This document shows, piece by piece, positions 20,104 to 28,475 of a DNA stretch of 64,000 nucleotides. The notes under the pieces were generated by a model, which saw only the letters and a list, made by a program, of their open reading frames with translations, ran no database searches and had not been told where the DNA came from. Each line of letters starts with the position of its first letter. The first letter of the stretch is position 1. Source of the stretch: Spirochaetia bacterium (lineage in GTDB: Bacteria; Spirochaetota; Spirochaetia; CADAEX01); NCBI GenBank assembly GCA_045606105.1, contig JAZURI010000002.1, forward strand, positions 224,001 to 288,000. Direction: 5' to 3'. The translations under genes and the position numbers were made by a program.

Positions 20104-20676
20104 ATGACTTTTGAGAAATTCATGATAAACCATATTGCACCTACCCTTTGCGGAATCAAAGCTGCCTCAATGTTTACCCTGCGGGACAACCTTTTTGTCA
20201 GGGATCTGGCTCTCAGATGGCAGAAAATGGTGAGAAAACACAGTATCGAGCTTGAATTTTTCCATACTTCCGAAAATCTGGTTATGTTCTTCTCCTTCAA
20301 TAGAGGCAAAATCGAGAACATTCTCAGCAATCCCAAGGTCAGAAGTTATCTCACAAGAAAGGGCTTCAATCTGAAAAACAGCTTCTCCGAAATAATGGAT
20401 GAGCTTTTTTCAAGACTGAAAAACAATGCCGGCTTTCCTCATGAGGTAGGTATTTTCCTGGGCTATCCCCTTGAGGATGTCATTCTTTTTGAAGAAACAG
20501 GAGGAAAGAACTGTAAATTCTGCGGCTACTGGAAATCATATTCCAATATCGAGGAGGCAAAAAAGCTTTGCTGTACCTTTGATAACTGCAGATGCATGTG
20601 TAAAAAATGGCTGGATGAGGGACTTTCGGTTTCCCAGATAGTCAGAAAATATAAAAAAGCAACAAGGGCAGCATAA
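20104..20676 (+). CDS. DUF3793-like protein
   Basis: APTLCGIKAASMF, FPHEVGIFLGYPLEDV, CKFCGYWKSY motifs recalled for this family. Confidence 0.8.
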   Translation: MTFEKFMINHIAPTLCGIKAASMFTLRDNLFVRDLALRWQKMVRKHSIELEFFHTSENLVMFFSFNRGKIENILSNPKVRSYLTRKGFNLKNSFSEIMDELFSRLKNNAGFPHEVGIFLGYPLEDVILFEETGGKNCKFCGYWKSYSNIEEAKKLCCTFDNCRCMCKKWLDEGLSVSQIVRKYKKATRAA

Positions 20677-20695
20677 GCCGCCACTTATATAAAGA

Positions 20696-20724
20696 ATACT
20701 AACCCCGCCAAATTCTCCTGTCAA
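20696..20724 (-). promoter_or_regulatory. Near-consensus promoter pointing antisense into the DUF3793-like gene
   Basis: Minus strand TTGACA (20724-20719)-17 bp-TAGTAT (20701-20696). Confidence 0.5.
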
Positions 20725-20726
20725 AC

Positions 20727-20766
20727 AACCCTACGGTGCCGGAAGGTGCTGGGGGTTCTCTTTTAT
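20727..20766 (+). terminator. Probable intrinsic terminator after the DUF3793-like gene
   Basis: AACCCT-AC-GGTGCC-GGAA-GGTGCT-GGGGGTT stem with G-U pairs that work on the + strand, followed by CTCTTTTATT. Confidence 0.5.
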
Positions 20767-20767
20767 T

Positions 20768-21292
20768 CTAAGGCCTGATCATGACTATTCCCGATGCTCC
20801 GCCCACCAGATTGTCTGACGGAAAGAAGCCGGGTATGCATCTTATCTCCCGGAAGCCCAGGGTTTCGTAGATATGACGGGCCTTCTTCCACTCCTCGTTT
20901 ACCACCAGCAGCAATGTTTCTGCCTGAGGAGCCGATTTTTCCATATGGCTGAGGGCTCCCTTGAAAAATGGTTTTCCCAGTCCCAGTCCACGGTATCTGC
21001 CGTCCAATGCGTAGGAGCTTATATAAAGGACCTTTCCTTCCGGGCTGTGGATTCCGGAGGCAGAGTGTCCCAGATAAAAGGCTTTGTTCTTGTCCGGGAT
21101 TTCATCCCACAGTTCACAGCAGAAATATCCCCATATCCTTCCCTTTTCCTCAAGAACGAGAAATCCCGGCGGAAAGGTCTTCATTCTGTCTGCAAAGACC
21201 TCCCGTTCTTCCCTGATACCCGGAATGAAGGCGCTTTCCTCTATTTCCATTATCCTGTCAAGATCCGATGATGAAGCCTCTCTTATTTCCAC
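20768..21292 (-). CDS. GNAT-family N-acetyltransferase
   Basis: IREASSSDLDRIMEIEESAF, YRGLGLG acetyl-CoA motif, ARHIYETLGF. GTG start at 21292 chosen after AGAGG. Confidence 0.85.
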   Translation of the reverse strand: MEIREASSSDLDRIMEIEESAFIPGIREEREVFADRMKTFPPGFLVLEEKGRIWGYFCCELWDEIPDKNKAFYLGHSASGIHSPEGKVLYISSYALDGRYRGLGLGKPFFKGALSHMEKSAPQAETLLLVVNEEWKKARHIYETLGFREIRCIPGFFPSDNLVGGASGIVMIRP

Positions 21293-21369
21293 CTTAAACC
21301 TCTGTTTTATCCAAAGATTGAATATCGGGACAACTTGCAATTATCCTTTTATATTATTATCATTATAAT

Positions 21370-22119
21370 ATGAAAAAAATATTTATAACAACAATTATTT
21401 CTTTCCTGCTTGTTCCGGTCATGAATCTCTGGTCCGCAGGTCTTACAGTCAGCCAGCTGGAGGAGAGTGTCAGGGATGGAAAGATTACAAATATTCTTGT
21501 GGATGAAGAACAGCTGAAGCTTTTTCCCGATTCCGATATCGGAAAGTATGCAGCTTCCATATCACCAAGCTATCCTATAAAGGTGGAATCTGCCACAGTC
21601 ATCAAGAGAGAGGGGCGCAGTACGCTGGATGTCCTGAACACCCTTACCGATATCTCTTCAATCAAGGGAACAAAGTATTATTCCCACGGCAAGAAGGAGG
21701 ATACCATCCTTTTCAAGGATGCCTACACAGTGGACTCCTACAAGAATCCTGTCCCTGTTGAGGATGTACAGGTTTCAGGCCGGCTTCCTGCAGGTCTTGA
21801 AATAACAGCCATGCTGGAGGATTCCCGCTTCAAGGACAATCTTTACCAGTTTTCATACCGTGTGGAGGAAAACCATATCTCCCTCATGATTACAAACTGG
21901 GATAATCTCAGGTTTTTCGGCTGCAATGCCATTGAAACCAACAATTTCATGTTTCTGCTCGACATTTTCCTTACCGAAGAGAATATTGTGGTATACAACG
22001 CCGGCTTCTGCAAGCCTTCCGTTCTCCCGGCCTTCCTTAAGGACAGGGTAAGAAACGCCATTACAAACCGGATGGATGCTCTGTTCGGTTGGTTTGAAGG
22101 TGAAGTCTGCAAAAAATGA
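21370..22119 (+). CDS. Exported hypothetical protein (resembles spirochaete DUF6675-type proteins)
   Basis: Signal peptide MKKIFITTIISFLLVPVMNLWSA; ISSIKGTKYYSH and NRMDALFGWF segments. Family name from memory only. Confidence 0.6.
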   Translation: MKKIFITTIISFLLVPVMNLWSAGLTVSQLEESVRDGKITNILVDEEQLKLFPDSDIGKYAASISPSYPIKVESATVIKREGRSTLDVLNTLTDISSIKGTKYYSHGKKEDTILFKDAYTVDSYKNPVPVEDVQVSGRLPAGLEITAMLEDSRFKDNLYQFSYRVEENHISLMITNWDNLRFFGCNAIETNNFMFLLDIFLTEENIVVYNAGFCKPSVLPAFLKDRVRNAITNRMDALFGWFEGEVCKK

Positions 22120-23318
22120 CAGAAAACAGTACAAAGAAATTCAACCCGTTCAAGGTTTCATCAATAGGTTTATCTCATTTTTCCCACGATGTGTTCAGCC
22201 ATTTCGTATCGCCGCTGCTGCCTATTCTCATCAACAATCTGGGAATGAATTATACAATGGCGGGAGCTATTTCCATATTCCACCGTTTCCCCGCTTTTTT
22301 CAGCCCTGTTTACGGCAAGATTGTTGAAAAAAGTGACAACAGGCTGGTTATCTGCATCTGTCTGCTGGTAACGGCAGGGGCAATATGCTGCATAACCCTG
22401 GCCCCCAATTATCTGATTCTCTGTCTTCTTATCCTTATCATGGGTATAAGTGCCAGCTTCTATCATATCCCGGCCATGAACCTGACCAAGGAGCACGCCG
22501 GCGACAGAACCGGTATGGGAATGAGCTTTTTCATGACAGGCGGAGAGCTGGCCAGAGGATTCGGTCCCCTTATCGTTCTTGCTACGGTAAGCACCTTCGG
22601 TGAAAGAAAGATCTACTATCTCTATCCCATTGCACTGCTTACAGCCTTGCTTATATTTTTCCAGTTCAGGGAAAAAAGAGACAAGAGTGCGGCCTCTGTA
22701 AAAAAGAAAAAAAAGGAGGAGGCTCCCTTCTTCACGGTTCTGGGAAAGGCAAAGACCTTCTTTCTGTTCTGTTTCCTTATTGCCCTGGCAAGAGCCTTTG
22801 TTGCTGCAGTACTCAACTCCTTCCTTCCCACATATCTGACAGGAATGGGGCATACGCTATGGTTTGCCGGTATTTCACTGACAGTACTCCAGTTTGCCGC
22901 CGTGTTCGGGACTCTTCTTTCAGGTACGGTTTCCGACAAGCTGGGCAAGATAAATACCCTGATCATCATAAGCATTTTCACACCGGTACTGATGTTCCTT
23001 TTCGTAACCTTCAGCATGATGGACGGACAGATTGTATTGATGGAGATATTCATTGCCCTGGTAGGATTTTTCTCATTCTCTTCGGCACCGGTCCTTATGG
23101 CCCTGATGCAGGACAGGGGAACTGAAAATCCGACTACCACAAATACCATCTACAGTATGACAGACTTTATCGTAAACGGAATTGCCCTTACCATCACAGG
23201 TATTCTCAGCGACATGATATCCATGGAAAAGGCTCTTATGGTATGTGCCCTCTTCTCCTGTATGGCGCTTCCTCTGGTTATGATCATGAAGTTCAAAGAA
23301 AAGAAATCAGCTGTCTGA
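22116..23318 (+). CDS. MFS transporter (Fsr-like)
   Basis: About 12 TM segments; HFSHD, GMSFFMTGG, GTVSDKLGK. Confidence 0.88.
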   Translation: MTENSTKKFNPFKVSSIGLSHFSHDVFSHFVSPLLPILINNLGMNYTMAGAISIFHRFPAFFSPVYGKIVEKSDNRLVICICLLVTAGAICCITLAPNYLILCLLILIMGISASFYHIPAMNLTKEHAGDRTGMGMSFFMTGGELARGFGPLIVLATVSTFGERKIYYLYPIALLTALLIFFQFREKRDKSAASVKKKKKEEAPFFTVLGKAKTFFLFCFLIALARAFVAAVLNSFLPTYLTGMGHTLWFAGISLTVLQFAAVFGTLLSGTVSDKLGKINTLIIISIFTPVLMFLFVTFSMMDGQIVLMEIFIALVGFFSFSSAPVLMALMQDRGTENPTTTNTIYSMTDFIVNGIALTITGILSDMISMEKALMVCALFSCMALPLVMIMKFKEKKSAV

Positions 23319-24458
23319 AAGCTCCTCAAGGATATTTACAAGAAAAGGGTTGAGTATCATAAGTCCTTCATTTGTAAGGAAATATCTGTTATTCTCGTTC
23401 CTGAGCAGACCTCGGCTCATCCAGTCACGGCAGGTTTTCGGCATGACATCCTGAAGCCTTTTCCCGAATACGGAATCAAAATCAGCTTCCGAAATACCCT
23501 CTGTCATCCTGAATCCCATCATCAGGTACTCAAACAGATGCTCGGATTCCGATATCTCTTCCCGTTCACTTCCTCTGAAAATATCATCCGATTCAATAAA
23601 ACGGTGAATGTCGTGGGTTCCTGACAGCCGGAGAAGCCCTTTTCCCTCTGCCTTGTACAATGTGGAAACGCCGCCCGGGCCTGCTCCCAGATACTGCCTC
23701 AGGTGCCAGTAACCGATGTTATGACGGGATTCAAAGCCGGGTCTGGCAAAGTTTGATATCTCATATCTCCGGAAACCCGATTCCTCCAGAAAAAGAGCTC
23801 CCCGGTTCCATCCCTCTTCCCAGGCCGCAGTATCAGAGGCATCGTATCTTGCCGCTATGGGAGTTCCCTCCTCCACGGTCAGGGCATAGAATGAAATATG
23901 GTCCGGAAAAAATGAAAGCCCCTTTCTAAGATCAGCCAGCACCGATTCCGGCTCCTGACCGGGAACTGAAGCCATGAAATCCAGATTGAGTCTTCCGTTC
24001 CAGTGTTTTTTTACCAGTTCCACCCCTTTAACGGCAGCTTCTCCGGTACAGTGGCGGCCTAATGTCTTCAGGGTCCGGTTGTCAAAGGACTGGATTCCCA
24101 GACTGAGCCTGTTTACCGGTGAGCTTTCCAGAAGGCGGAGAAGCTCAGGTGTTATGGTTTCCGGGTTTGCCTCTATTGTTACCTCGGCCCCCGGTTCCCG
24201 TTCAAGGGCAGCGACAAAATCAAGAAGCTTTTCAAGAATATGATATGGAAGGGATGTGGGAGTTCCCCCTCCGATATATACAGTAGGGATTCTCCTTATC
24301 CCGAAATGCTCCAGACAGTCCCTGAGCTGCCTGATGGTACAGTCGGTAACTTTTTCCATGGTGCTGTGGTCTGTTATCGAAAAGAAGTCGCAGTAGCTGC
24401 ATTTTGAGTTACAGAAAGGAATATGAATGTAAACCGAAGCCTGGTCCCTATTTTCCAT
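23307..24458 (-). CDS. hemW: Radical SAM heme chaperone (HemW/HemN-like)
   Basis: YIHIPFCNSKCSYCDF, YIGGGTPT, IEANP, RLSLGIQSF, YEISNFA, HNIGYW. Confidence 0.9.
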   Translation of the reverse strand: MENRDQASVYIHIPFCNSKCSYCDFFSITDHSTMEKVTDCTIRQLRDCLEHFGIRRIPTVYIGGGTPTSLPYHILEKLLDFVAALEREPGAEVTIEANPETITPELLRLLESSPVNRLSLGIQSFDNRTLKTLGRHCTGEAAVKGVELVKKHWNGRLNLDFMASVPGQEPESVLADLRKGLSFFPDHISFYALTVEEGTPIAARYDASDTAAWEEGWNRGALFLEESGFRRYEISNFARPGFESRHNIGYWHLRQYLGAGPGGVSTLYKAEGKGLLRLSGTHDIHRFIESDDIFRGSEREEISESEHLFEYLMMGFRMTEGISEADFDSVFGKRLQDVMPKTCRDWMSRGLLRNENNRYFLTNEGLMILNPFLVNILEELSDS

Positions 24459-25089
24459 TGAAGCTGTAGATAACCTTCCTTTTTATACGGCCGGCATCAA
24501 CACCGCCCAGGCTTCTGGAATCGGAAATGTAGTTCCGGTTATCGCTGATAAGGTAATATTCATTCTCTCCCAGTTCGGTTTCCGGAATATCTCTCTGCAG
24601 CATGGAATCTGTCGGGATTGTTTCATGCTCCGTAATGAGAGCCTCTCCCGTTCCGGCAATGTAAACCCTGTCGGAGGTAATCCTGATCCTTTCTCCGGGA
24701 AGTCCGGCAATCCTTTTCACCGCATATCCACGGTCATAACCCAGCATATCCTCAGGAGAAATCATCTGACCGGTAACAAAACGGACAACAGCATCGGCAG
24801 CAGAGAGCCACCACGGGGCATCCCGGTAATAATCGGGTCTGTAAAGGACTACATCTCCCCTTTCAGGCTCTGTATACCACACCGGAACCGTCACCACCAG
24901 GGTTCCCTTTCCATATACGGGAGCCATACCGTCATTACCTATCCTGACAACATTTATTACAAAAGAGGAAAACAGCAGATAAAAAAGAGAGCATCCCAGG
25001 GCAAGAAACAGGATATCCTTTTTGGTTACAGGCTTCCGTACCTTGTTGCGGTTTCTGTAGCTGCGGGGAAATCGGTAAAATTTTCTCAT
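24448..25089 (-). CDS. Signal peptidase I-like (S26) paralogue lacking the usual catalytic Ser
   Basis: One TM, then GNDGMAP where xSMxPT is expected; ERGDVV, VKRIAGLPGE, SDNRNYISDSR. Confidence 0.8.
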   Translation of the reverse strand: MRKFYRFPRSYRNRNKVRKPVTKKDILFLALGCSLFYLLFSSFVINVVRIGNDGMAPVYGKGTLVVTVPVWYTEPERGDVVLYRPDYYRDAPWWLSAADAVVRFVTGQMISPEDMLGYDRGYAVKRIAGLPGERIRITSDRVYIAGTGEALITEHETIPTDSMLQRDIPETELGENEYYLISDNRNYISDSRSLGGVDAGRIKRKVIYSFNGK

Positions 25090-26063
25090 TATTCAATGCT
25101 TCCGGCTCTTCCTGCAGGCCAATATATGAAGGAAGCCTTGCCGAGAACCTTTTTTTCTGAAACAGGACCGAAAAATCTTCCGTCCCTGGAATTATCACGG
25201 TTTTCTCCCAGCGGGAATATCCAGCCCTCAGGAATATACCATCCGTACATGCTCTTTCTCCAGGAGGCCCTTCTTCCTGAATCGGCAGGGTTCAGTGCAT
25301 GATGCATTTCCTGTCTGTATTCGGAAAAAGCAATGGAATCCACCTCGGTGCTGTCCAGCTTCCTGAAAAGCTCCTTGTCCTTTTCCGTAAGGGGAAATCC
25401 GTAATCGTAGAATGCACCGGCATAACCGGCCTTTCTTATTTCAGGATATGTTTCCTGACTTACAAGTCTTCTGGTTCTGGCCGGATTGCGGTTAAGCTGA
25501 ACAAAACCAGCCTCCTTCATCCATTCCGGAGCTCCTGCCGGTCTTATTTCCATGTTTCCGTTGATGAATCTTATCCTGTCTCCGGCAGCACCTACCGCCC
25601 TTTTTATAAGGAAATGGGCCTTGGGCTCCCCGTAGGAATCCTTGTCTATATCAACCATGGAAAGGGTAACCATATAGATTATTCTCTGTGCTATGTCAAA
25701 AACAGGCCCTTTTGAAAGGTATGTGGGGCTTTCGAAAATAAGGATATCGCCCCTTTCAGGCTTTACAAAGCCCGGCAGCTTGAACATCCCCGGAATCAGC
25801 TCCGGTCCGTATATAAGCTTGTTTACAAAAAGATGATCCTTTACCAGCAGGGTATTCATCATGGAGCCGGTAGGAATCTGATATGCCTGAAAAAAGTACT
25901 GGTTTATGAGAAGAACAACCATGGCAGCCCACAGGAAGGATTTTATCCAGTCCAGGATCTGGTTGGCGTTTTTCTGCTTTTCCTTTCTCTCTGCCCTCTT
26001 GATTTTCCTGTATGTGAGATACTTCTCTGTATAAAGCTGAAGCTTGTCGTATAGCTGTTCCAT
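25089..26063 (-). CDS. lepB: Signal peptidase I
   Basis: IPTGSMMNTL (catalytic Ser), LIKRAVG (catalytic Lys), GENRDNSRDGRFFG. Confidence 0.93.
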   Translation of the reverse strand: MEQLYDKLQLYTEKYLTYRKIKRAERKEKQKNANQILDWIKSFLWAAMVVLLINQYFFQAYQIPTGSMMNTLLVKDHLFVNKLIYGPELIPGMFKLPGFVKPERGDILIFESPTYLSKGPVFDIAQRIIYMVTLSMVDIDKDSYGEPKAHFLIKRAVGAAGDRIRFINGNMEIRPAGAPEWMKEAGFVQLNRNPARTRRLVSQETYPEIRKAGYAGAFYDYGFPLTEKDKELFRKLDSTEVDSIAFSEYRQEMHHALNPADSGRRASWRKSMYGWYIPEGWIFPLGENRDNSRDGRFFGPVSEKKVLGKASFIYWPAGRAGSIE

Positions 26064-26092
26064 CTTTATAAATTTAACATAATACCATTCCG

Positions 26093-26122
26093 TTGACAAG
26101 AGACAAGGCAATTTCATATAAT
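26093..26122 (+). promoter_or_regulatory. sigma70 promoter, leaderless-type, for the PEGA/FGE gene
   Basis: TTGACA (26093-26098)-18-TATAAT (26117-26122); ATG at 26129. Confidence 0.7.
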
Positions 26123-26128
26123 TCTATT

Positions 26129-27475
26129 ATGGAAGTAAAGCTTAAGAGCTTCATGGGAATGAAGCCGGGACAGTATCTTTTTTATCTCTATTCTGCTATT
26201 CTCCTTGTTATCCTGTTTTTCATCCTGGTTTTTCCGGGTCTCAGGAACAACGGCTCCGAGGTAAGCTTTGAATCGGATCCTGCGGGAACCTCCGTATGGA
26301 TGGGAGATACCTATGTGGGTTCCACACCATGTACCGCTTTTGTACCTGCAGGAAACCATACATTTGTCTTCAGAAAAACAGGATACGAAGAAAAAGCCCA
26401 TGCTGCGGAAATCGGAGGAAGAATCTTTGCTTCAGCCCTGATTCCGGCCAAAGCCACTGTTTCCGAAAAGCTTGAAATGAAAAATCTTGATATTATCCTG
26501 AAAAAGGGGTTCAGGGAATTTTCGGAATGGGGTCTCATAAACTCTTTTTCCCCCTCTTATCAGCCTGAACCGGTTCTGGAAAACAGTGCCCTGGCTATTC
26601 CCGAAAGCAGAAGAAAGGACCCTGCGGTACAGGCCTTCCTTGCAGACAGCATAAGAAATGTCTTTTCTCCCGAGCTTCTGAAGGATTATGCCAAAGCCTA
26701 TGAAATAATAAACGGCAGCCTGGAGGGCATCCCTGTTACGGCATCTCATCTGGGTCTCTGCGGCAACGGTATTGCCGGCATAAATCCAAAGCCGGATGTT
26801 CCCCTCAACGAAAGCAGGAATCCGTTATCAGGAGCTGTATCCGTTCCTGGAATCAGCCTCAGGGAAGTGCCGGGAGGAACCTATATCCTGGGAAACAAGG
26901 CCAGAAGTATTCCTACCGAAAATGCACCGGCCCTTTATACAAAGAAAATCAACGGCTTTTATATTTCGGAACAGATCACTAACCGTGAATTCTCGGCTTT
27001 CCTGAAATCAGAAAAAAAATGGAGACGGGAAAACATAAAGAATCTCATGGCAGAAAATCTGGTTACAGACCGGTATCTGCAGTCCAATCCCGACCTGCCG
27101 AGGGATGACAACCCGGTAACATTTGTTTCCTATCATGCGGCAGAGGCCTACTGTGAATGGCTGACAGGACAGTTGCCTCCTGAAATAAAGGCAGAATACA
27201 GATTCAGGCTTCCTTCGGAATATGAATGGGAGGCATGGGCACGGAACAACGGAACAACAGAAATGCAGACTGTATGGGACTGGTGCGGCAACTGGTACTT
27301 TCCGGCAGATACCTTCTATGAAGGGACATCAGCCTTTGACGGTGCGGAAATATCGGTCCGGGGCGGAAGCTGGATTAATGACAAGGGTTCAGTCAGCATA
27401 TGGTCCAGAGGATGTCAGCCCCCTGAATGGTGTACTCCGGTTCTGGGCTTCAGGGTAATCCTGGCAGGTAAATGA
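26129..27475 (+). CDS. Membrane-anchored PEGA domain plus formylglycine-generating-enzyme (SUMF1)-like domain protein
   Basis: TM helix, PEGA-like SDPAGTSVWMGDTYVGSTP, then PGGTYILG, PVTFVSYHAAEAYC, RLPSEYEWE, VRGGSW, LGFRV. Confidence 0.85.
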   Translation: MEVKLKSFMGMKPGQYLFYLYSAILLVILFFILVFPGLRNNGSEVSFESDPAGTSVWMGDTYVGSTPCTAFVPAGNHTFVFRKTGYEEKAHAAEIGGRIFASALIPAKATVSEKLEMKNLDIILKKGFREFSEWGLINSFSPSYQPEPVLENSALAIPESRRKDPAVQAFLADSIRNVFSPELLKDYAKAYEIINGSLEGIPVTASHLGLCGNGIAGINPKPDVPLNESRNPLSGAVSVPGISLREVPGGTYILGNKARSIPTENAPALYTKKINGFYISEQITNREFSAFLKSEKKWRRENIKNLMAENLVTDRYLQSNPDLPRDDNPVTFVSYHAAEAYCEWLTGQLPPEIKAEYRFRLPSEYEWEAWARNNGTTEMQTVWDWCGNWYFPADTFYEGTSAFDGAEISVRGGSWINDKGSVSIWSRGCQPPEWCTPVLGFRVILAGK

Positions 27476-27476
27476 A

Positions 27477-27926
27477 ATGAGCAATGATGAAAAGGTAAAG
27501 ACACTTCTTGTCAACAAGAAGGCAAGATTCAATTTTTTTATAGAAGAGACCATTGAATGCGGTATCGAGCTTCAGGGAACCGAGGTCAAGTCCCTGCGGG
27601 AAAACCGTTTTTCCTTCGGCGATTCCTATGCCAGGATAAAGGACAACCAGCTCTGGCTGATAGCTCTCCATATTTCACCCTACACCTTCGGAAACCTGAA
27701 CAACCATGATCCCGACCGGGACAGGAAGCTTCTGGTTCATAAGGAAGAGATCCGCAAGCTGAGAAAAAAGGTGGAGGAAAAGGGATTTACCCTGGTTCCT
27801 GTCCGGCTTTATCTCAAAAACGGCCTGATCAAGGTGGAACTTGGTATCTGCAGAGGTAAGAAGCTTTTTGACAAGAGAGAAACAATAAAGCAGAGAGATC
27901 TTGAAAGAAGCGGACGGGATTACTGA
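27477..27926 (+). CDS. smpB: SsrA-binding protein
   Basis: NKKARFNF, GIELQGTEVKSLR, RKLLVHKEEI, GKKLFDKRE. Confidence 0.97.
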   Translation: MSNDEKVKTLLVNKKARFNFFIEETIECGIELQGTEVKSLRENRFSFGDSYARIKDNQLWLIALHISPYTFGNLNNHDPDRDRKLLVHKEEIRKLRKKVEEKGFTLVPVRLYLKNGLIKVELGICRGKKLFDKRETIKQRDLERSGRDY

Positions 27927-28474
27927 TTTTTTCCGAAAGGAAAGAAATAAAGCTCCCTGTAAACAAGGGCGCCCCTTTCCCTGATGCTCTCCATCAGCGA
28001 AATACCCTTTGCTTCAGACAGAAAACTGAAAGCCCCCAGCTCCTGAACCACATGTGAGAACTCATCCCTGAAATTGACTTTTCGCCCCAGGGTTATATGT
28101 GCCTTGAAGGGTTTTTCTTCCTTGGGTATTCCTATTGAAAAAAGCTCATCCTCAACAATATCGGCCAGATTCCACAGCTCTTTTCTTCCCCTGTCTATAC
28201 CTACCCAAAGTACGGAACCTTCGTTTCTTCTGAAAACACCCGGCTTGTACGGGGAAATCCTGAAAGGGGCGGTTACCGAGGCACTTTTTTCAAGGGCCCT
28301 GCATATAGGCCTGACAGCTTCCGGCTCAACCTCGCCGAAAAACCTGACAGTTATGTGATAATTGCTTTTTGAAGAGAAATTGCCCGACAGTGCGGCCTCC
28401 CTGAAACGGTTACGGTATTCATGTATCCTTTCCAGAGTATCCTTGTCAAACAGTACGGCAGCAAAGAGTCTCAT
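27920..28474 (-). CDS. thpR: RNA 2',3'-cyclic phosphodiesterase (2H family)
   Basis: Start MRLFAAV; two HxT motifs (YHITVRFFGE and FKAHITLGR). Confidence 0.9.
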   Translation of the reverse strand: MRLFAAVLFDKDTLERIHEYRNRFREAALSGNFSSKSNYHITVRFFGEVEPEAVRPICRALEKSASVTAPFRISPYKPGVFRRNEGSVLWVGIDRGRKELWNLADIVEDELFSIGIPKEEKPFKAHITLGRKVNFRDEFSHVVQELGAFSFLSEAKGISLMESIRERGALVYRELYFFPFGKNQ

Positions 28475-28475
28475 G

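Noticed and set aside
20677-20767. SRP RNA or riboswitch suggested by the CCGGAAGG loop
   Set aside because: Lacks the conserved SRP flanking motifs; better explained as a terminator plus an opposite-strand promoter.
27477-27926. tmRNA next to smpB
   Set aside because: No intergenic space on either side.
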